Positions 1 through 9,723 of a DNA stretch of 31,802 nt are shown here, piece by piece. Under the pieces are notes generated by a model. The model ran no database searches. It saw only the letters and a program-made list of their open reading frames with translations, and was not told where the DNA came from. Origin of the DNA: an archaeon (GTDB lineage Archaea; EX4484-52; B79-G9); NCBI GenBank assembly GCA_043813875.1, contig JBDRKP010000012.1:1-31802 (forward strand), in the 5' to 3' direction. A program made the translations under genes and the position numbers. Numbering within the stretch: position 1 is the first letter of the stretch; every line of letters starts with the position of its first letter.

Positions 1-85
1 TGCACTTTGCACCTCTTCTTTATTTTTGAATTTCAATCGAGAAATAGTTAATGCACGATTAGGCTCGCCTTTTGAAGTTGGTTCG

Positions 86-124
86 CAATTCAATCTTCGG
101 CTTAAAAGCCGAAGGGTTTCTTGC
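86..124 (-). mobile_element. Possible IS200/IS605-family end: subterminal hairpin CTTCGGCTT-AA-AAGCCGAAG at 95-114, flanked by GCAATT...TTCTTGC
   Basis: A perfect 9-bp inverted repeat is present. The minus strand reads GCAAGAAACCCTTCGGCTTTTAAGCCGAAGATTGAATTGC, which resembles IS605/IS1341-type ends as I recall them. A GAGGTG plus GTG at 15..3 on the minus strand could start a gene that runs off the window. Confidence 0.4.
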
Positions 125-249
125 TAGGCTCGCCCTAAAAAGTTATGGCGTTTATTATATTTTAGAATAACAGAAAAAATAGCACAACAGATTAGTTTAA
201 AAGAATTTTTACATATAGTTCAACTCAGAACCAAACAGAAGGTGAAATC

Positions 250-1680
250 ATGCCCGAAATCAAAAAAATATCTGAAAACATCTGGGAAATACCAAAATCA
301 GGTAACATGCTTGTCCCCGCAAAAATATACGCATCAGACAAACTCATGGAACACATAAGGCAAGACAAGACAATAGACCAGGTAAGAAACGTTGCATGTT
401 TAAAAGGAATACAAAAACATTCACTTGCCATGCCGGACGCGCACCAGGGATACGGATTCTCAATAGGCGGCGTAGCAGCATTCGACATGAATGAAGGAAT
501 CATAAGCCCCGGCGGCGTGGGCTACGACATCAACTGCGGTGTCCGCGCAATCACTACAAACCTCAAAGAAAAAGACATAATCGGAAAAGAGGACCAGCTC
601 CTGAACATCCTTTTCACCAATATCCCCTCCGGCCTTGCAAGCAAAGGCAGGACAAGGGTCAGCAAGAGCGAACTCATAGAAATCATAGAAAACGGCGCAA
701 AATGGGCAGTAAACCAGGGTTACGGCACAAAAAAAGACCTCGATCACACAGAAGAATATGGCTGCATAAAATCAGACCATGAAACAATATCTCCTGAAGC
801 AATGAAACGAGGCATGCCACAAACCGGATCACTTGGTTCCGGGAATCACTTCCTCGAATTCCAGAAAGTCGAAGAAATATACGACCAAAAAACAGCAAAA
901 GCATTCGGAATAAACAACACAGGCCAGGTCACTATAATGATACACTGCGGCTCCCGTGGTCTCGGCCATCAGGTAGCATCAGACTACATAAGATCGATGG
1001 AAAAAGAATACGGTTTCAAAGACCTTCCCGACAGGGAACTCATAAACGCCCCCATCCAGTCAGAACTCGGCCAGAGATACCTGAAAGCCATGAGCGGCGC
1101 AGCCAACTATGCATGGACAAATCGCCAGATGATAATGCACTGGGTCCGCGAAAGCTTCGCAAAGATATTCGATTCCACCCCACAAGACCTTGAGATGAAC
1201 CAGATTTACGACGTAGCCCACAACATCGCAAAGATAGAAAAACACGACATAGACGGCTCAACAAAAGAAGTCTGCGTCCACCGCAAAGGCGCCACACGCT
1301 CATTCGGCCCCGGGAGAACAGAACTGCCCGCAGTCTACCAGAAAACAGGCCAGCCGGTAATCATACCCGGTTCCATGGGAACGTCATCATACATACTTGT
1401 AGGCACAAAAACCGCAGAAAACATCAGCTTCGGATCGACCGCTCACGGCGCAGGAAGAATCATGTCGCGCTTCAGCGCAATCAAATCATTCCGCGGAGAG
1501 AAAGTAAAACAGGACCTCCAAAAACTAGGCATAACAGTAAAAAGCGCATCATGGAAAGGCCTCGCAGAAGAAGCCCCTGAAGTATACAAAGACATAGACG
1601 AAGTAGTGAAAGTAAGCAACAACCTGGGCATAGGCAACCTCGTCGCAAAAGTAAGACCACTAGGCGTCATAAAAGGATAA
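250..1680 (+). CDS. rtcB: tRNA-splicing / RNA 3'-phosphate ligase RtcB
   Basis: Motifs MPDAHQGYGFSIGG, GVGYDINCGVR, GSLGSGNHFLE, HCGSRGLGH, HRKGATR and STAHGAGR. SD GGTGA at 241-245. Confidence 0.97.
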   Translation: MPEIKKISENIWEIPKSGNMLVPAKIYASDKLMEHIRQDKTIDQVRNVACLKGIQKHSLAMPDAHQGYGFSIGGVAAFDMNEGIISPGGVGYDINCGVRAITTNLKEKDIIGKEDQLLNILFTNIPSGLASKGRTRVSKSELIEIIENGAKWAVNQGYGTKKDLDHTEEYGCIKSDHETISPEAMKRGMPQTGSLGSGNHFLEFQKVEEIYDQKTAKAFGINNTGQVTIMIHCGSRGLGHQVASDYIRSMEKEYGFKDLPDRELINAPIQSELGQRYLKAMSGAANYAWTNRQMIMHWVRESFAKIFDSTPQDLEMNQIYDVAHNIAKIEKHDIDGSTKEVCVHRKGATRSFGPGRTELPAVYQKTGQPVIIPGSMGTSSYILVGTKTAENISFGSTAHGAGRIMSRFSAIKSFRGEKVKQDLQKLGITVKSASWKGLAEEAPEVYKDIDEVVKVSNNLGIGNLVAKVRPLGVIKG

Positions 1681-1788
1681 AATAGGTAATATCTGAATAT
1701 ATAGAGATTGAATAGTTAACATATATAATATTATAGTAACACAGAAATAATACCTGACAAGAACACAGTTCAAAACATGACCTCAACA

Positions 1789-1802
1789 ATAACCTTTATA
1801 AA
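1789..1802 (+). promoter_or_regulatory. Archaeal BRE/TATA promoter for the uL3 operon
   Basis: AACC-TTTATAAA with TATA at 1795-1802. The same AACCTTTATAAA lies upstream of rps13. Confidence 0.55.
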
Positions 1803-2054
1803 TCTAATGCTCCATAAAAAAAGGTATTGCTAAGAGTTCTATAGGTAAGAACAAGCAAAACCTTACAAAACCTGTACGGTTTGAAGAACACAATATATTA
1901 TAATCCATTACGGTACGTAACGGGATTCTATATATAATTGCGTATTACTGCAATCCATATAACACACACAAGATACAGATATGCAGTAACACATAAAAAG
2001 ACGCCACTAAGTGGATAAGCAAACCACTAATGCGTCAAACAAGGCGCCATTAAA

Positions 2055-3017
2055 ATGGGAAAAGCACATCATCCAAGAAGAGGCTCAATGGGCTATGCGC
2101 CGCGAAAGCGCGCAAAGCGAATATACCCTAGAGTAAGCACTGTACCCAAAACAAACGAAGTAAAACCACTGGGATTCGCAGGCTACAAAGCAGGCATGGC
2201 ACAAATCATGATGATAGACGACCGAAAGGAAAGCCCAACCCGCAATCAGGAAATAATCGTCCCGGTCACAGTTCTGGAAACCCCCCCACTGAAAGTGGCA
2301 GGCATAAGAGCATACACAGACACACCATACGGTGAAAAGGTATTAAAAGAAGTCTGGGCAGAGAAGCTTGACAAAGAACTGGAACGAAAAACAGACTTAC
2401 CTAAAAAAAAGCACAAGACAGACACACTCGAAAAACTCGAAGACGTATCAAAATACACACTAATAGTCCATACAACACCAAAAATCGCAGGCATTCACAA
2501 AAAAAAGCCGGAACTATTTGAGATAGACATCGGCGGCAAGCCTGAAGATGCACTCAAATATGCAAAAGAAAAACTAGGACAAGAATTAACCATAAAAGAA
2601 GTATTCAAAAACGGCGAACTATCAGACACAATAGCCATCACCAAAGGCCTTGGCTTCCAGGGATCCGTAAAAAGGTTCGGGGTGAAATTGCTCGCCAAAA
2701 AATCCCAGAAAGTCATCCGAAAAGCAGGCAACCTAGGTCCATGGCATCCGCACAAGACACGAGGAACAGTACCGCAGATGGGTCAGATGGGTTTTCACAA
2801 AAGAACACAATATAATCTCAGAATCCTAAAAATCAGCGAAGATGCTTTGGACATAAACAAGAATGGCTGGAAAGAATACGGCCTGGTAAAATCGAGCTAC
2901 ATACTCGTAAAAGGCTCAATTCAGGGCTCGACTAAACGTCTTGTCAGGTTGAGACCTGCCATCAGGCCAAAAAACAACGCTCTTGGCGAACCAGAAATAA
3001 CAGCAATGATATTATAA
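2055..3017 (+). CDS. rpl3: 50S ribosomal protein uL3
   Basis: N-terminal PRRGSMGYAPRKRA, GFAGYKAGM, TKGLGFQGSVKRFG, GQMGFHKRT. Confidence 0.97.
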   Translation: MGKAHHPRRGSMGYAPRKRAKRIYPRVSTVPKTNEVKPLGFAGYKAGMAQIMMIDDRKESPTRNQEIIVPVTVLETPPLKVAGIRAYTDTPYGEKVLKEVWAEKLDKELERKTDLPKKKHKTDTLEKLEDVSKYTLIVHTTPKIAGIHKKKPELFEIDIGGKPEDALKYAKEKLGQELTIKEVFKNGELSDTIAITKGLGFQGSVKRFGVKLLAKKSQKVIRKAGNLGPWHPHKTRGTVPQMGQMGFHKRTQYNLRILKISEDALDINKNGWKEYGLVKSSYILVKGSIQGSTKRLVRLRPAIRPKNNALGEPEITAMIL

Positions 3018-3033
3018 CTACTGTGATGAAAAT

Positions 3034-3837
3034 ATGAAAGCTCAGATACTCTCACTCGATGGAAAAGAATCCGGAACAATAGAACTTCCACCCCAGTTCC
3101 AGGAAGAATTCCGCCCGGACATAATAAAAAGAGCGTTTTATGTTATTCAAAACAACAACAGGCAACCATACGGTACAGACCCAGAAGCAGGTCTAAGAAC
3201 ATCAGCGCGATTCATAGGCCGTAGACGTGCATACGGAACACACCAAAACAAAGGCATGCACAGGACAAAAAGAATCAGAAGCGGTTCAGGATACCTATCC
3301 GGAAGAGCAAGAGCAGTACCACACGCAGTAAAAGGACGAAAAGCTCACCCTCCAAAAGCAGAAAAAGACTGGACGCAGAAAATAAACCGCAAAGAACGCA
3401 TACAGGCAATCCGCTCAGCAATCACTGCAACCACGAATATTGACCTTGTTAAAAAAAGAAACCACCAGATAGAAAATATTAAATTACCAATAATAATCGA
3501 CGACAAATTCGAAAGATTAAAAAAGACAAAAGAAGTAAAAGACATCTTGGAAAAAATCGGTTTGAAACCAGAACTTGAACGCATAAAAGAAAAAAAAATA
3601 CGGGCAGGAGTTGGAAAAACCCGCGGACGAAAATACAAGAAAAAAGTCGGCCCGCTGATAATCACATCTGGCAAATCAGATTTCAATAAATCAGCAAAAA
3701 ACATGATTGGTATAAATACGGTCACTGTAAAATCACTCAACATAGAATTGCTTGCGCCTGGAGCAGTTGCCGGTCGGCTGACAATATGGACAAAATCTGC
3801 AATAGAAGAACTCGAAAAAGAAAAACTATACTCATAA
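3034..3837 (+). CDS. rpl4: 50S ribosomal protein uL4
   Basis: LPPQFQEEFRPDIIKRA, GRKAHPPK, IRAGVGKTRGRKY, LAPGAVAGRLTIWT; follows uL3. Confidence 0.97.
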   Translation: MKAQILSLDGKESGTIELPPQFQEEFRPDIIKRAFYVIQNNNRQPYGTDPEAGLRTSARFIGRRRAYGTHQNKGMHRTKRIRSGSGYLSGRARAVPHAVKGRKAHPPKAEKDWTQKINRKERIQAIRSAITATTNIDLVKKRNHQIENIKLPIIIDDKFERLKKTKEVKDILEKIGLKPELERIKEKKIRAGVGKTRGRKYKKKVGPLIITSGKSDFNKSAKNMIGINTVTVKSLNIELLAPGAVAGRLTIWTKSAIEELEKEKLYS

Positions 3838-3851
3838 AAAGTTGATTGAAA

Positions 3852-4280
3852 ATGAAAGACAAAAAAGAACCAGAAACAACAAAAGAAAACGCTCCAAAAA
3901 CCGCAAAAAAGGAAGTAAAGGCAGAACCAAAAAAAGAAAAACCAAAAACAACAAAAGAATCCAAGCCCATAACAAAAGAAGAAAAAAAGGACAATAAAGA
4001 AAAAACAATATCAACAATCAAAGGAGAATGGGGAATAATACAATTTCCACACCTGAGTGAAAAATCAATCGCAAACGTCGAGACACAGAATAAGATAGTA
4101 TTCATAGTAAAACAAGGCGCAAAAAGATCCGAGATAAAAAAAGCAGTCGAAAACATGTTCGACGTAAAAGTCAAAAAAATCAACATACTCACAACATCAA
4201 AAGGCTTGAAAAAAGCATATGTAAGACTACACCCACAATATTCCGCACTTGATATCGCAACAAGACTAGGCATGATGTAA
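3852..4280 (+). CDS. rpl23: 50S ribosomal protein uL23 with a ~55-aa Lys/Glu-rich N-terminal extension
   Basis: C-terminal core SEKS...NKIVFIV...IKKAVENMFDVKV...GLKKAYVRL...ALDIATRLGMM. ATG 3852 was chosen over TTG 3846. Confidence 0.95.
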   Translation: MKDKKEPETTKENAPKTAKKEVKAEPKKEKPKTTKESKPITKEEKKDNKEKTISTIKGEWGIIQFPHLSEKSIANVETQNKIVFIVKQGAKRSEIKKAVENMFDVKVKKINILTTSKGLKKAYVRLHPQYSALDIATRLGMM

Positions 4281-4313
4281 AAAATAACAAAAATAAAATA
4301 ACATGTGAACAAC

Positions 4314-5018
4314 ATGGGAAAAAGAATAATCGCACAAAGAAGAGGAAAAGGCTCAAGCGTATATAGAGCATACAGCCACCGCCACCTCGCAGAAATAAAA
4401 TACAGAGACAAGATAAACACAAACAATCAGGCCACAATCATCGACATACTGAACGACACTGGAAGAAATGCGCCCGTAGCAGAATTAAGATTCCCGGACA
4501 ACACAAAGACATACACACTTGCTTCAGAAAGCTCAAAAACAAAAGACAACATATCCATCGGAAAAGACGCTGGAATAAAACCTGGAAACATAGTCCCGAT
4601 TGGAAAAATACCTGAAGGAACACCAATATTCAATATTGAAATAAGGCCTAACGACGGCGGAAAGCTCGTCAGGTCAAGCGGCACATACGCAATAGTCTCA
4701 TCACACGACGTAGACAAAACCGTAATAAAACTGCCGTCAAAACAATTCAAGTCACTCAATCATGCCTGCAGAGCAACAATCGGAATAACTGCCGGTGGAG
4801 AACTAAAATCAAAGCCATTTGTAAAGGCAGGAACAAGATGGCATACAATGCACAAGAGAGGCAAACTATACCCAAGAACATCTGCAAGATCAATGAATGC
4901 AGTCGACCATAAATTCGGTGGCTCAAACCTGGGTGTGGCAAAAACAGTATCTCGTAATGCGCCCCCTGGGCGAAAAGTAGGTACAATCGCCTCAAAACGC
5001 ACTGGAAGGAAAAGATAA
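4314..5018 (+). CDS. rpl2: 50S ribosomal protein uL2
   Basis: MGKRIIAQRRGKG, GGKLVRSSG, MNAVDHKFGG, APPGRKVG. Confidence 0.97.
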   Translation: MGKRIIAQRRGKGSSVYRAYSHRHLAEIKYRDKINTNNQATIIDILNDTGRNAPVAELRFPDNTKTYTLASESSKTKDNISIGKDAGIKPGNIVPIGKIPEGTPIFNIEIRPNDGGKLVRSSGTYAIVSSHDVDKTVIKLPSKQFKSLNHACRATIGITAGGELKSKPFVKAGTRWHTMHKRGKLYPRTSARSMNAVDHKFGGSNLGVAKTVSRNAPPGRKVGTIASKRTGRKR

Positions 5019-5036
5019 TACTATTAAGGTGTAAAC

Positions 5037-5453
5037 ATGGTTAAAAAAAGACATCAGGTCATGCAAGAAGTGAAAGAGTTCACATTCAGAGGCCTCTCAT
5101 TCGAAGAAGTCAGCAAACTGAAACTCGAAGAATTCATAAAACTCATACCATCCCGTGAAAGAAGATCAATAAAAAGAGGTCTGACAGAAATAGAAAAAGA
5201 CCTCATCAAAAAGGTAAGCCAATCTAAACCAAACACATTCATAAGAACCCACGCTCGCGATATGATAGTATTACCCGAATTTGTTGGAAAGCGATTCGGA
5301 GTGCATAACGGAAAAGAATTTGTCCAGGTAGATATCACAGAAGAGATGTTAGGACACAGGCTTGGTGAATTCGCGCAAACAAGAAAATCCGTAACACACG
5401 CTGGCCCAGGCATGGGTGCGACAAGATCAAGCAAATTCGTAGCATTGAAATAA
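5037..5453 (+). CDS. rps19: 30S ribosomal protein uS19
   Basis: FTFRG, IRTHARDMIVLPE, HNGKEF, MLGHRLGEF, GATRSSKFV. Confidence 0.97.
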   Translation: MVKKRHQVMQEVKEFTFRGLSFEEVSKLKLEEFIKLIPSRERRSIKRGLTEIEKDLIKKVSQSKPNTFIRTHARDMIVLPEFVGKRFGVHNGKEFVQVDITEEMLGHRLGEFAQTRKSVTHAGPGMGATRSSKFVALK

Positions 5454-5477
5454 ACAAAATAATCATCAAAAAAGTGA

Positions 5478-5924
5478 ATGAAAATGTATCCCGTAAAAAC
5501 TGACCCAAAAAAAAATGCAAAAGTCTGTGCAAGAAACCAGCGAATCTCAAAAAAGCACTCCGTAGAAATCGGTAGATTCATAAAAGGCATGAAACTGGAA
5601 AAAGCAAAAAGATACCTAAAAGAAGTATTACAAAAAAAGAAAGCACTGCCATACACAAAACACCACGACAGTCTGGGTCACAAAAAGGGTATGGGTCCTG
5701 GCAGATACCCGTTGCTTGCCGCAGAAAAATACATTGAACTCCTAAACAGTCTGGAAAAAAACGCGGAATATATCGGTCTCGACACAAAAAGCATCATAAT
5801 CTCAAATGCATATGCGACAAAAGGTAGCGCATATTACCGGCCCCGAAGATCCCGTTTTCGCGGACAGCAGGTAAAAAGTACAAACATATCATTAATTGCA
5901 GAAGAAGGTAGAAAGAATGATTGA
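5478..5924 (+). CDS. rpl22: 50S ribosomal protein uL22
   Basis: RISKKHSVEIGRFIKGM, GHKKGMGPGRYP; operon position. Confidence 0.95.
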   Translation: MKMYPVKTDPKKNAKVCARNQRISKKHSVEIGRFIKGMKLEKAKRYLKEVLQKKKALPYTKHHDSLGHKKGMGPGRYPLLAAEKYIELLNSLEKNAEYIGLDTKSIIISNAYATKGSAYYRPRRSRFRGQQVKSTNISLIAEEGRKND

Positions 5925-6894
5925 ACGAAAATTCATCGAAAAGGGCATAAGAAACTCACAAATGGAAACATATCTGAATAGCGCACTCGAAAGAGCAGAC
6001 TATAGCCATTCAGACATCAAACGAACTCCCCTCAACACAAGAATCGTCATCTACGCAGGAAGACCTGGAGTAGTCATAGGCCACGCAGGCACAAAAATCA
6101 ATGAAATGACAGAAGCATTAAAAAACAAATTCAAACTAGATAATCCCCAAATAGAAGTAAAAACGATACCAAACCAGTACCTTGATCCAAAAGTAATAGC
6201 AAAGCAAATCGCTTCAAGCCTGGAACGCGGAATGAAACACAGGCAGATTGTCAACATCATGATTAAAAAAATTATGGGTTCCGGAGCTATCGGCGTAGAA
6301 ATCACAATATCGGGAAAAATCAGTGGCTCACGCGCACGCAACGAAAAATTCATGGACGGCTACTTAAAAAAATGCGGCAACACATCCGACGTCCACACCC
6401 TTAGAGGATTCGAAAGAGCGACATTAAAAGCAGGCGTAATCGGTGTCAAAGTCAAACTGATGACCACAATGCCTTCAGTCCTCTCAATAGAAAAAAGAAT
6501 AGAAGAAAAAGCAATAGAAAAGAAATCCTCTGAAAAAGAATCAGCAGAAAAACAAAAAAATGATACAAAAAAAGAGGCCAAAGACAAGGATACTGAAAAA
6601 GAAGCCTCGCCTGCAGAAGAAAAAAATAGAGACAAATCAAAAGCCATTAAAGAAAAAACAGAACCAGAAGAACCTAAAAAGGCAATAAAAAAAGATGCTG
6701 AAAAACACACAACAAAGGAAGATAAAAAGACAGAAGATACAAAAAAACCAAAACCTTCGCCAAAAAAAGAAACCCAAGAATCAAAAGACGATATTAAAAA
6801 AGAACCAAAAAAAGAAGAAACATCCCAAAAAAAAGAAACAACACCAGAAGAAAAAGAGAAAAAAACAAAAAAGAAGAAAGAAACAAAAAAATAA
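5917..6894 (+). CDS. rps3: 30S ribosomal protein uS3 with a ~130-aa Lys/Glu-rich C-terminal tail
   Basis: MIERKFI start, KH-domain RPGVVIG, GAIGVEITISGK, GVIGVKVK. Confidence 0.96.
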   Translation: MIERKFIEKGIRNSQMETYLNSALERADYSHSDIKRTPLNTRIVIYAGRPGVVIGHAGTKINEMTEALKNKFKLDNPQIEVKTIPNQYLDPKVIAKQIASSLERGMKHRQIVNIMIKKIMGSGAIGVEITISGKISGSRARNEKFMDGYLKKCGNTSDVHTLRGFERATLKAGVIGVKVKLMTTMPSVLSIEKRIEEKAIEKKSSEKESAEKQKNDTKKEAKDKDTEKEASPAEEKNRDKSKAIKEKTEPEEPKKAIKKDAEKHTTKEDKKTEDTKKPKPSPKKETQESKDDIKKEPKKEETSQKKETTPEEKEKKTKKKKETKK

Positions 6895-6917
6895 CACAAT
6901 AATGTTAACGTGATCAA

Positions 6918-7154
6918 ATGTCAATAATCCGGTTCAAAGCAATGAAAAACATGAACGAAAAAGAGCTTGAAAAAAAAGAAAGCGACCTACGCCTGGAACT
7001 GGCAAAAGAAAAAGGAAAAATCCACATCGGAAGCGTACCGGAAAACACAGGTCGGCTAAAAGAGATCAAAAAGACATTGGCAAGGATGCTCACATTAAAA
7101 AAACAAAACCAAAAAACAGCCAGCAATAAAAACAAAAAAATAAACCAGGAGTGA
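6918..7154 (+). CDS. rpl29: 50S ribosomal protein uL29
   Basis: LRLEL...PENTGRLKEIKKTLARMLT; follows uS3. Confidence 0.93.
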   Translation: MSIIRFKAMKNMNEKELEKKESDLRLELAKEKGKIHIGSVPENTGRLKEIKKTLARMLTLKKQNQKTASNKNKKINQE

Positions 7155-7163
7155 TAAGTTCAA

Positions 7164-7466
7164 ATGCAAGATACATGCCCTAAATGCGGGCTACCAGCAG
7201 AGCTTTGCGTGTGTGAAACAATATCAAAAGAAGCACAGAAAATAAAGGTATACACAATAAAAAAACGATTCGGGAAAATATCAACCGTCATCGAAGGCAT
7301 CGATGAAAAAAACATAGACCTGAGAAAACTCACCACAATACTCAAATCACACCTCGCATGTGGCGGCACATCAAAGGATGGCAAAATCGAACTGCAAGGA
7401 AATCACCCGGCAAAAGTCAAAGAAATACTGATAAAAGAGGGCTTCAACGAATCCACGATAGAATAA
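7164..7466 (+). CDS. sui1: Translation initiation factor aIF1 (SUI1)
   Basis: CPKCGLPAELCVCE, RFGK, LACGGT, IELQGNH. Confidence 0.95.
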   Translation: MQDTCPKCGLPAELCVCETISKEAQKIKVYTIKKRFGKISTVIEGIDEKNIDLRKLTTILKSHLACGGTSKDGKIELQGNHPAKVKEILIKEGFNESTIE

Positions 7467-7473
7467 AAAATAG

Positions 7474-7776
7474 ATGATCTCTGTGTCAATAAACCCTGCA
7501 AACATCTTGAGGCACGAACTGATCGGCTTAAAAACAACCATAACAGCCTCAAAAGACCCGAATATGCACAAGTTAACAGGCACAATAATCGACGAAACAC
7601 AAAAAACCCTTACAATAAGAACAGACAAAAGAACAATAATAACATCAAAAAAAGACAACACATACAAGATAACACTCAAAGACGGACAACAAATAGAGAT
7701 TACCGGGAAACTCATATCTGGGCGCCCCGAAGACAGGATAAAGAAAAAAAACCAAAACAGATGGAAAATGGTGTAA
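7474..7776 (+). CDS. rnp1: Ribonuclease P protein subunit Rpp29 (POP4 family)
   Basis: NILRHELIGL, GTIIDET, GRPEDRIKK; conserved position between SUI1 and uS17. Confidence 0.93.
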   Translation: MISVSINPANILRHELIGLKTTITASKDPNMHKLTGTIIDETQKTLTIRTDKRTIITSKKDNTYKITLKDGQQIEITGKLISGRPEDRIKKKNQNRWKMV

Positions 7777-7779
7777 CTG

Positions 7780-8103
7780 ATGAAAAACATTGGAATCCCA
7801 ATAAAAAACAAGCCAACAAAAGATTGTAACGACACAAATTGCCCATATCACGGCAACCTCAAGATAAGAGGCAGGACATTCCATGGTACAATAACCTCCG
7901 ATAAGATGGAATCCAGCGTAGGCGTAACTTGGGCATACACAACAACCCTGCCAAGATTCGAACGCCTGATGCGCAATAAGTCAAAAGTCACAGCACACAT
8001 CCCTCCTTGCATCCACGCAAAAAAAGGCGACAAAGTACTGATAGCAGAATGCAGACCGCTAAGCAAAAAAAAATCATTCGTAGTGGTTGAAAAAATAGAA
8101 TAA
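7780..8103 (+). CDS. rps17: 30S ribosomal protein uS17
   Basis: CNDTNCPYHGNLKIRG, AHIPPC, ECRPLSK. Confidence 0.96.
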   Translation: MKNIGIPIKNKPTKDCNDTNCPYHGNLKIRGRTFHGTITSDKMESSVGVTWAYTTTLPRFERLMRNKSKVTAHIPPCIHAKKGDKVLIAECRPLSKKKSFVVVEKIE

Positions 8104-8128
8104 AGAATAAAAATACCTGATGATTACA

Positions 8129-8527
8129 ATGAAAGCTATATCGACAAGACCTACAAAAGGCATCAAAATCGGCACACGACTAAACTGCATAGACAACACA
8201 GGAGCCAAAGTGATACAGGTGATTGCCGTCCGTGGCTTCAAAGGCACACGCCGCAGGGTTCCCCAGGCATCCATAGGAAATGTAGTGATATGCGCCGTCA
8301 AGAAAGGAAATCAGAAAATAATGCACGAAGTCGTCAAAGCCATAATCGTGAGACAAAAAAAAGCATATCTCCGCCCAAACGGCATGCACATAAAATTCGA
8401 TGACAATGCAGCAGTACTTGTGGACGACAAACTGGAGCCTCGCGGAAAAGATGTCAAAGGCGCAATAGCAAAAGAAGTCGTCGAACGATTCCCGACCATA
8501 GGAAAGATATCAAAAATAATAATATAA
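8129..8527 (+). CDS. rpl14: 50S ribosomal protein uL14
   Basis: CIDNTGAK, AIIVRQKK, FDDNAAV; alternative start at 8120. Confidence 0.96.
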   Translation: MKAISTRPTKGIKIGTRLNCIDNTGAKVIQVIAVRGFKGTRRRVPQASIGNVVICAVKKGNQKIMHEVVKAIIVRQKKAYLRPNGMHIKFDDNAAVLVDDKLEPRGKDVKGAIAKEVVERFPTIGKISKIII

Positions 8528-8545
8528 GAAAATCAACGTGAGAAC

Positions 8546-8995
8546 ATGAAAGCAAAATTTTCAATAAACTGGAACAAAAGCATAAAACCAAACAAGCAGC
8601 GCAAATATGTATTCAACGCTCCACTCCACATCAAAAACCGATTCCTCTCATGCAACCTGACAAAATCATTGAGATCAGAATACGGCATAAGAAGCATAAG
8701 AGTAAAAACAAAAGACACAGTCAAGATAATGCGCGGCGAACACAAAGGAAAAACCGGCGAAGTAACAAAAGTCAACGTAAAAGACAAGACATTACACATA
8801 AAAGACATAAACCGAAAAAAAGTCAGCGGTCAGGAAACAAATCTTCCTATACAACCATCCAATGTCCAGATAATAGAACTGGACACAAAAGACGAAAGAC
8901 GCTTGAAATCACTAAGAAAGAAAAAAGAACATAAACAGGAAAAAAAAGATACAAAAATCAAAGAAAAATCAAAGATAGACAATAAAAAAGAATAA
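8546..8995 (+). CDS. rpl24: 50S ribosomal protein uL24
   Basis: KQRKYVFNAPLH, DTVKIMRG, PIQPSNV; Lys-rich tail. Confidence 0.96.
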   Translation: MKAKFSINWNKSIKPNKQRKYVFNAPLHIKNRFLSCNLTKSLRSEYGIRSIRVKTKDTVKIMRGEHKGKTGEVTKVNVKDKTLHIKDINRKKVSGQETNLPIQPSNVQIIELDTKDERRLKSLRKKKEHKQEKKDTKIKEKSKIDNKKE

Positions 8996-9007
8996 GAGTT
9001 GAAGATT

Positions 9008-9718
9008 ATGCACCTCAAAAGACTAGCAGCATCAAAACATTTCCCGATAAGAAAAAAAGAATATAAATTTACAACAAGCCCGAGATCTGGACCTCATCCA
9101 AAAAACGAATGTATCCCGATTCAGATAATAATAAGAGACGTACTAAAACTTGCAGAGACAAGCAAAGAAGCAAAAAAAATATTGAAAACCAGCGATATAC
9201 TCGTCGATGGCAGAGCACGAAAAGATCCAAAATACCCTGTTGGTTTGATGGACGTAATAACAATCCCAAAAATAGACAAAAACTACCGTATAATACCGAA
9301 AGAAGGAAAATTAATCATCGTCGAAATACCAAAAGAGAAATCAACTATCAAGATATGTAAGATCACAGGAAAAACAACAATTAAAAACGGACAGACGCAA
9401 CTAAACCTCCACGACTCAAGAAACATACTGATAAAAAACGAAAAAGATGCAAAAGCATTCAAAGTCGGAGACACTATCGAAATTACACTGCCAGACCAAC
9501 AGATCAAAAAACACATCAAGCTGGAAAAAGGCAACTTAGGGCTCATAATTCATGGAAAACACGAAGGAGAAATCGGAAAGATAAAAGAAATCAAGATCAT
9601 CAACGGGCTACAGAAAAACAAAGCGACAATCACGACAGAAGAAAATAAGGACATAGAAACCCTAAAAGACTACATATTCGTAATAGGAAAAGATAAACCA
9701 GAAATAACAATCAAGTGA
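9008..9718 (+). CDS. rps4e: 30S ribosomal protein eS4
   Basis: MHLKRL, GPHP, VDGRARKDPKYPVGLMDVI, QLNLHD. Confidence 0.96.
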   Translation: MHLKRLAASKHFPIRKKEYKFTTSPRSGPHPKNECIPIQIIIRDVLKLAETSKEAKKILKTSDILVDGRARKDPKYPVGLMDVITIPKIDKNYRIIPKEGKLIIVEIPKEKSTIKICKITGKTTIKNGQTQLNLHDSRNILIKNEKDAKAFKVGDTIEITLPDQQIKKHIKLEKGNLGLIIHGKHEGEIGKIKEIKIINGLQKNKATITTEENKDIETLKDYIFVIGKDKPEITIK

Positions 9719-9723
9719 GCAAG

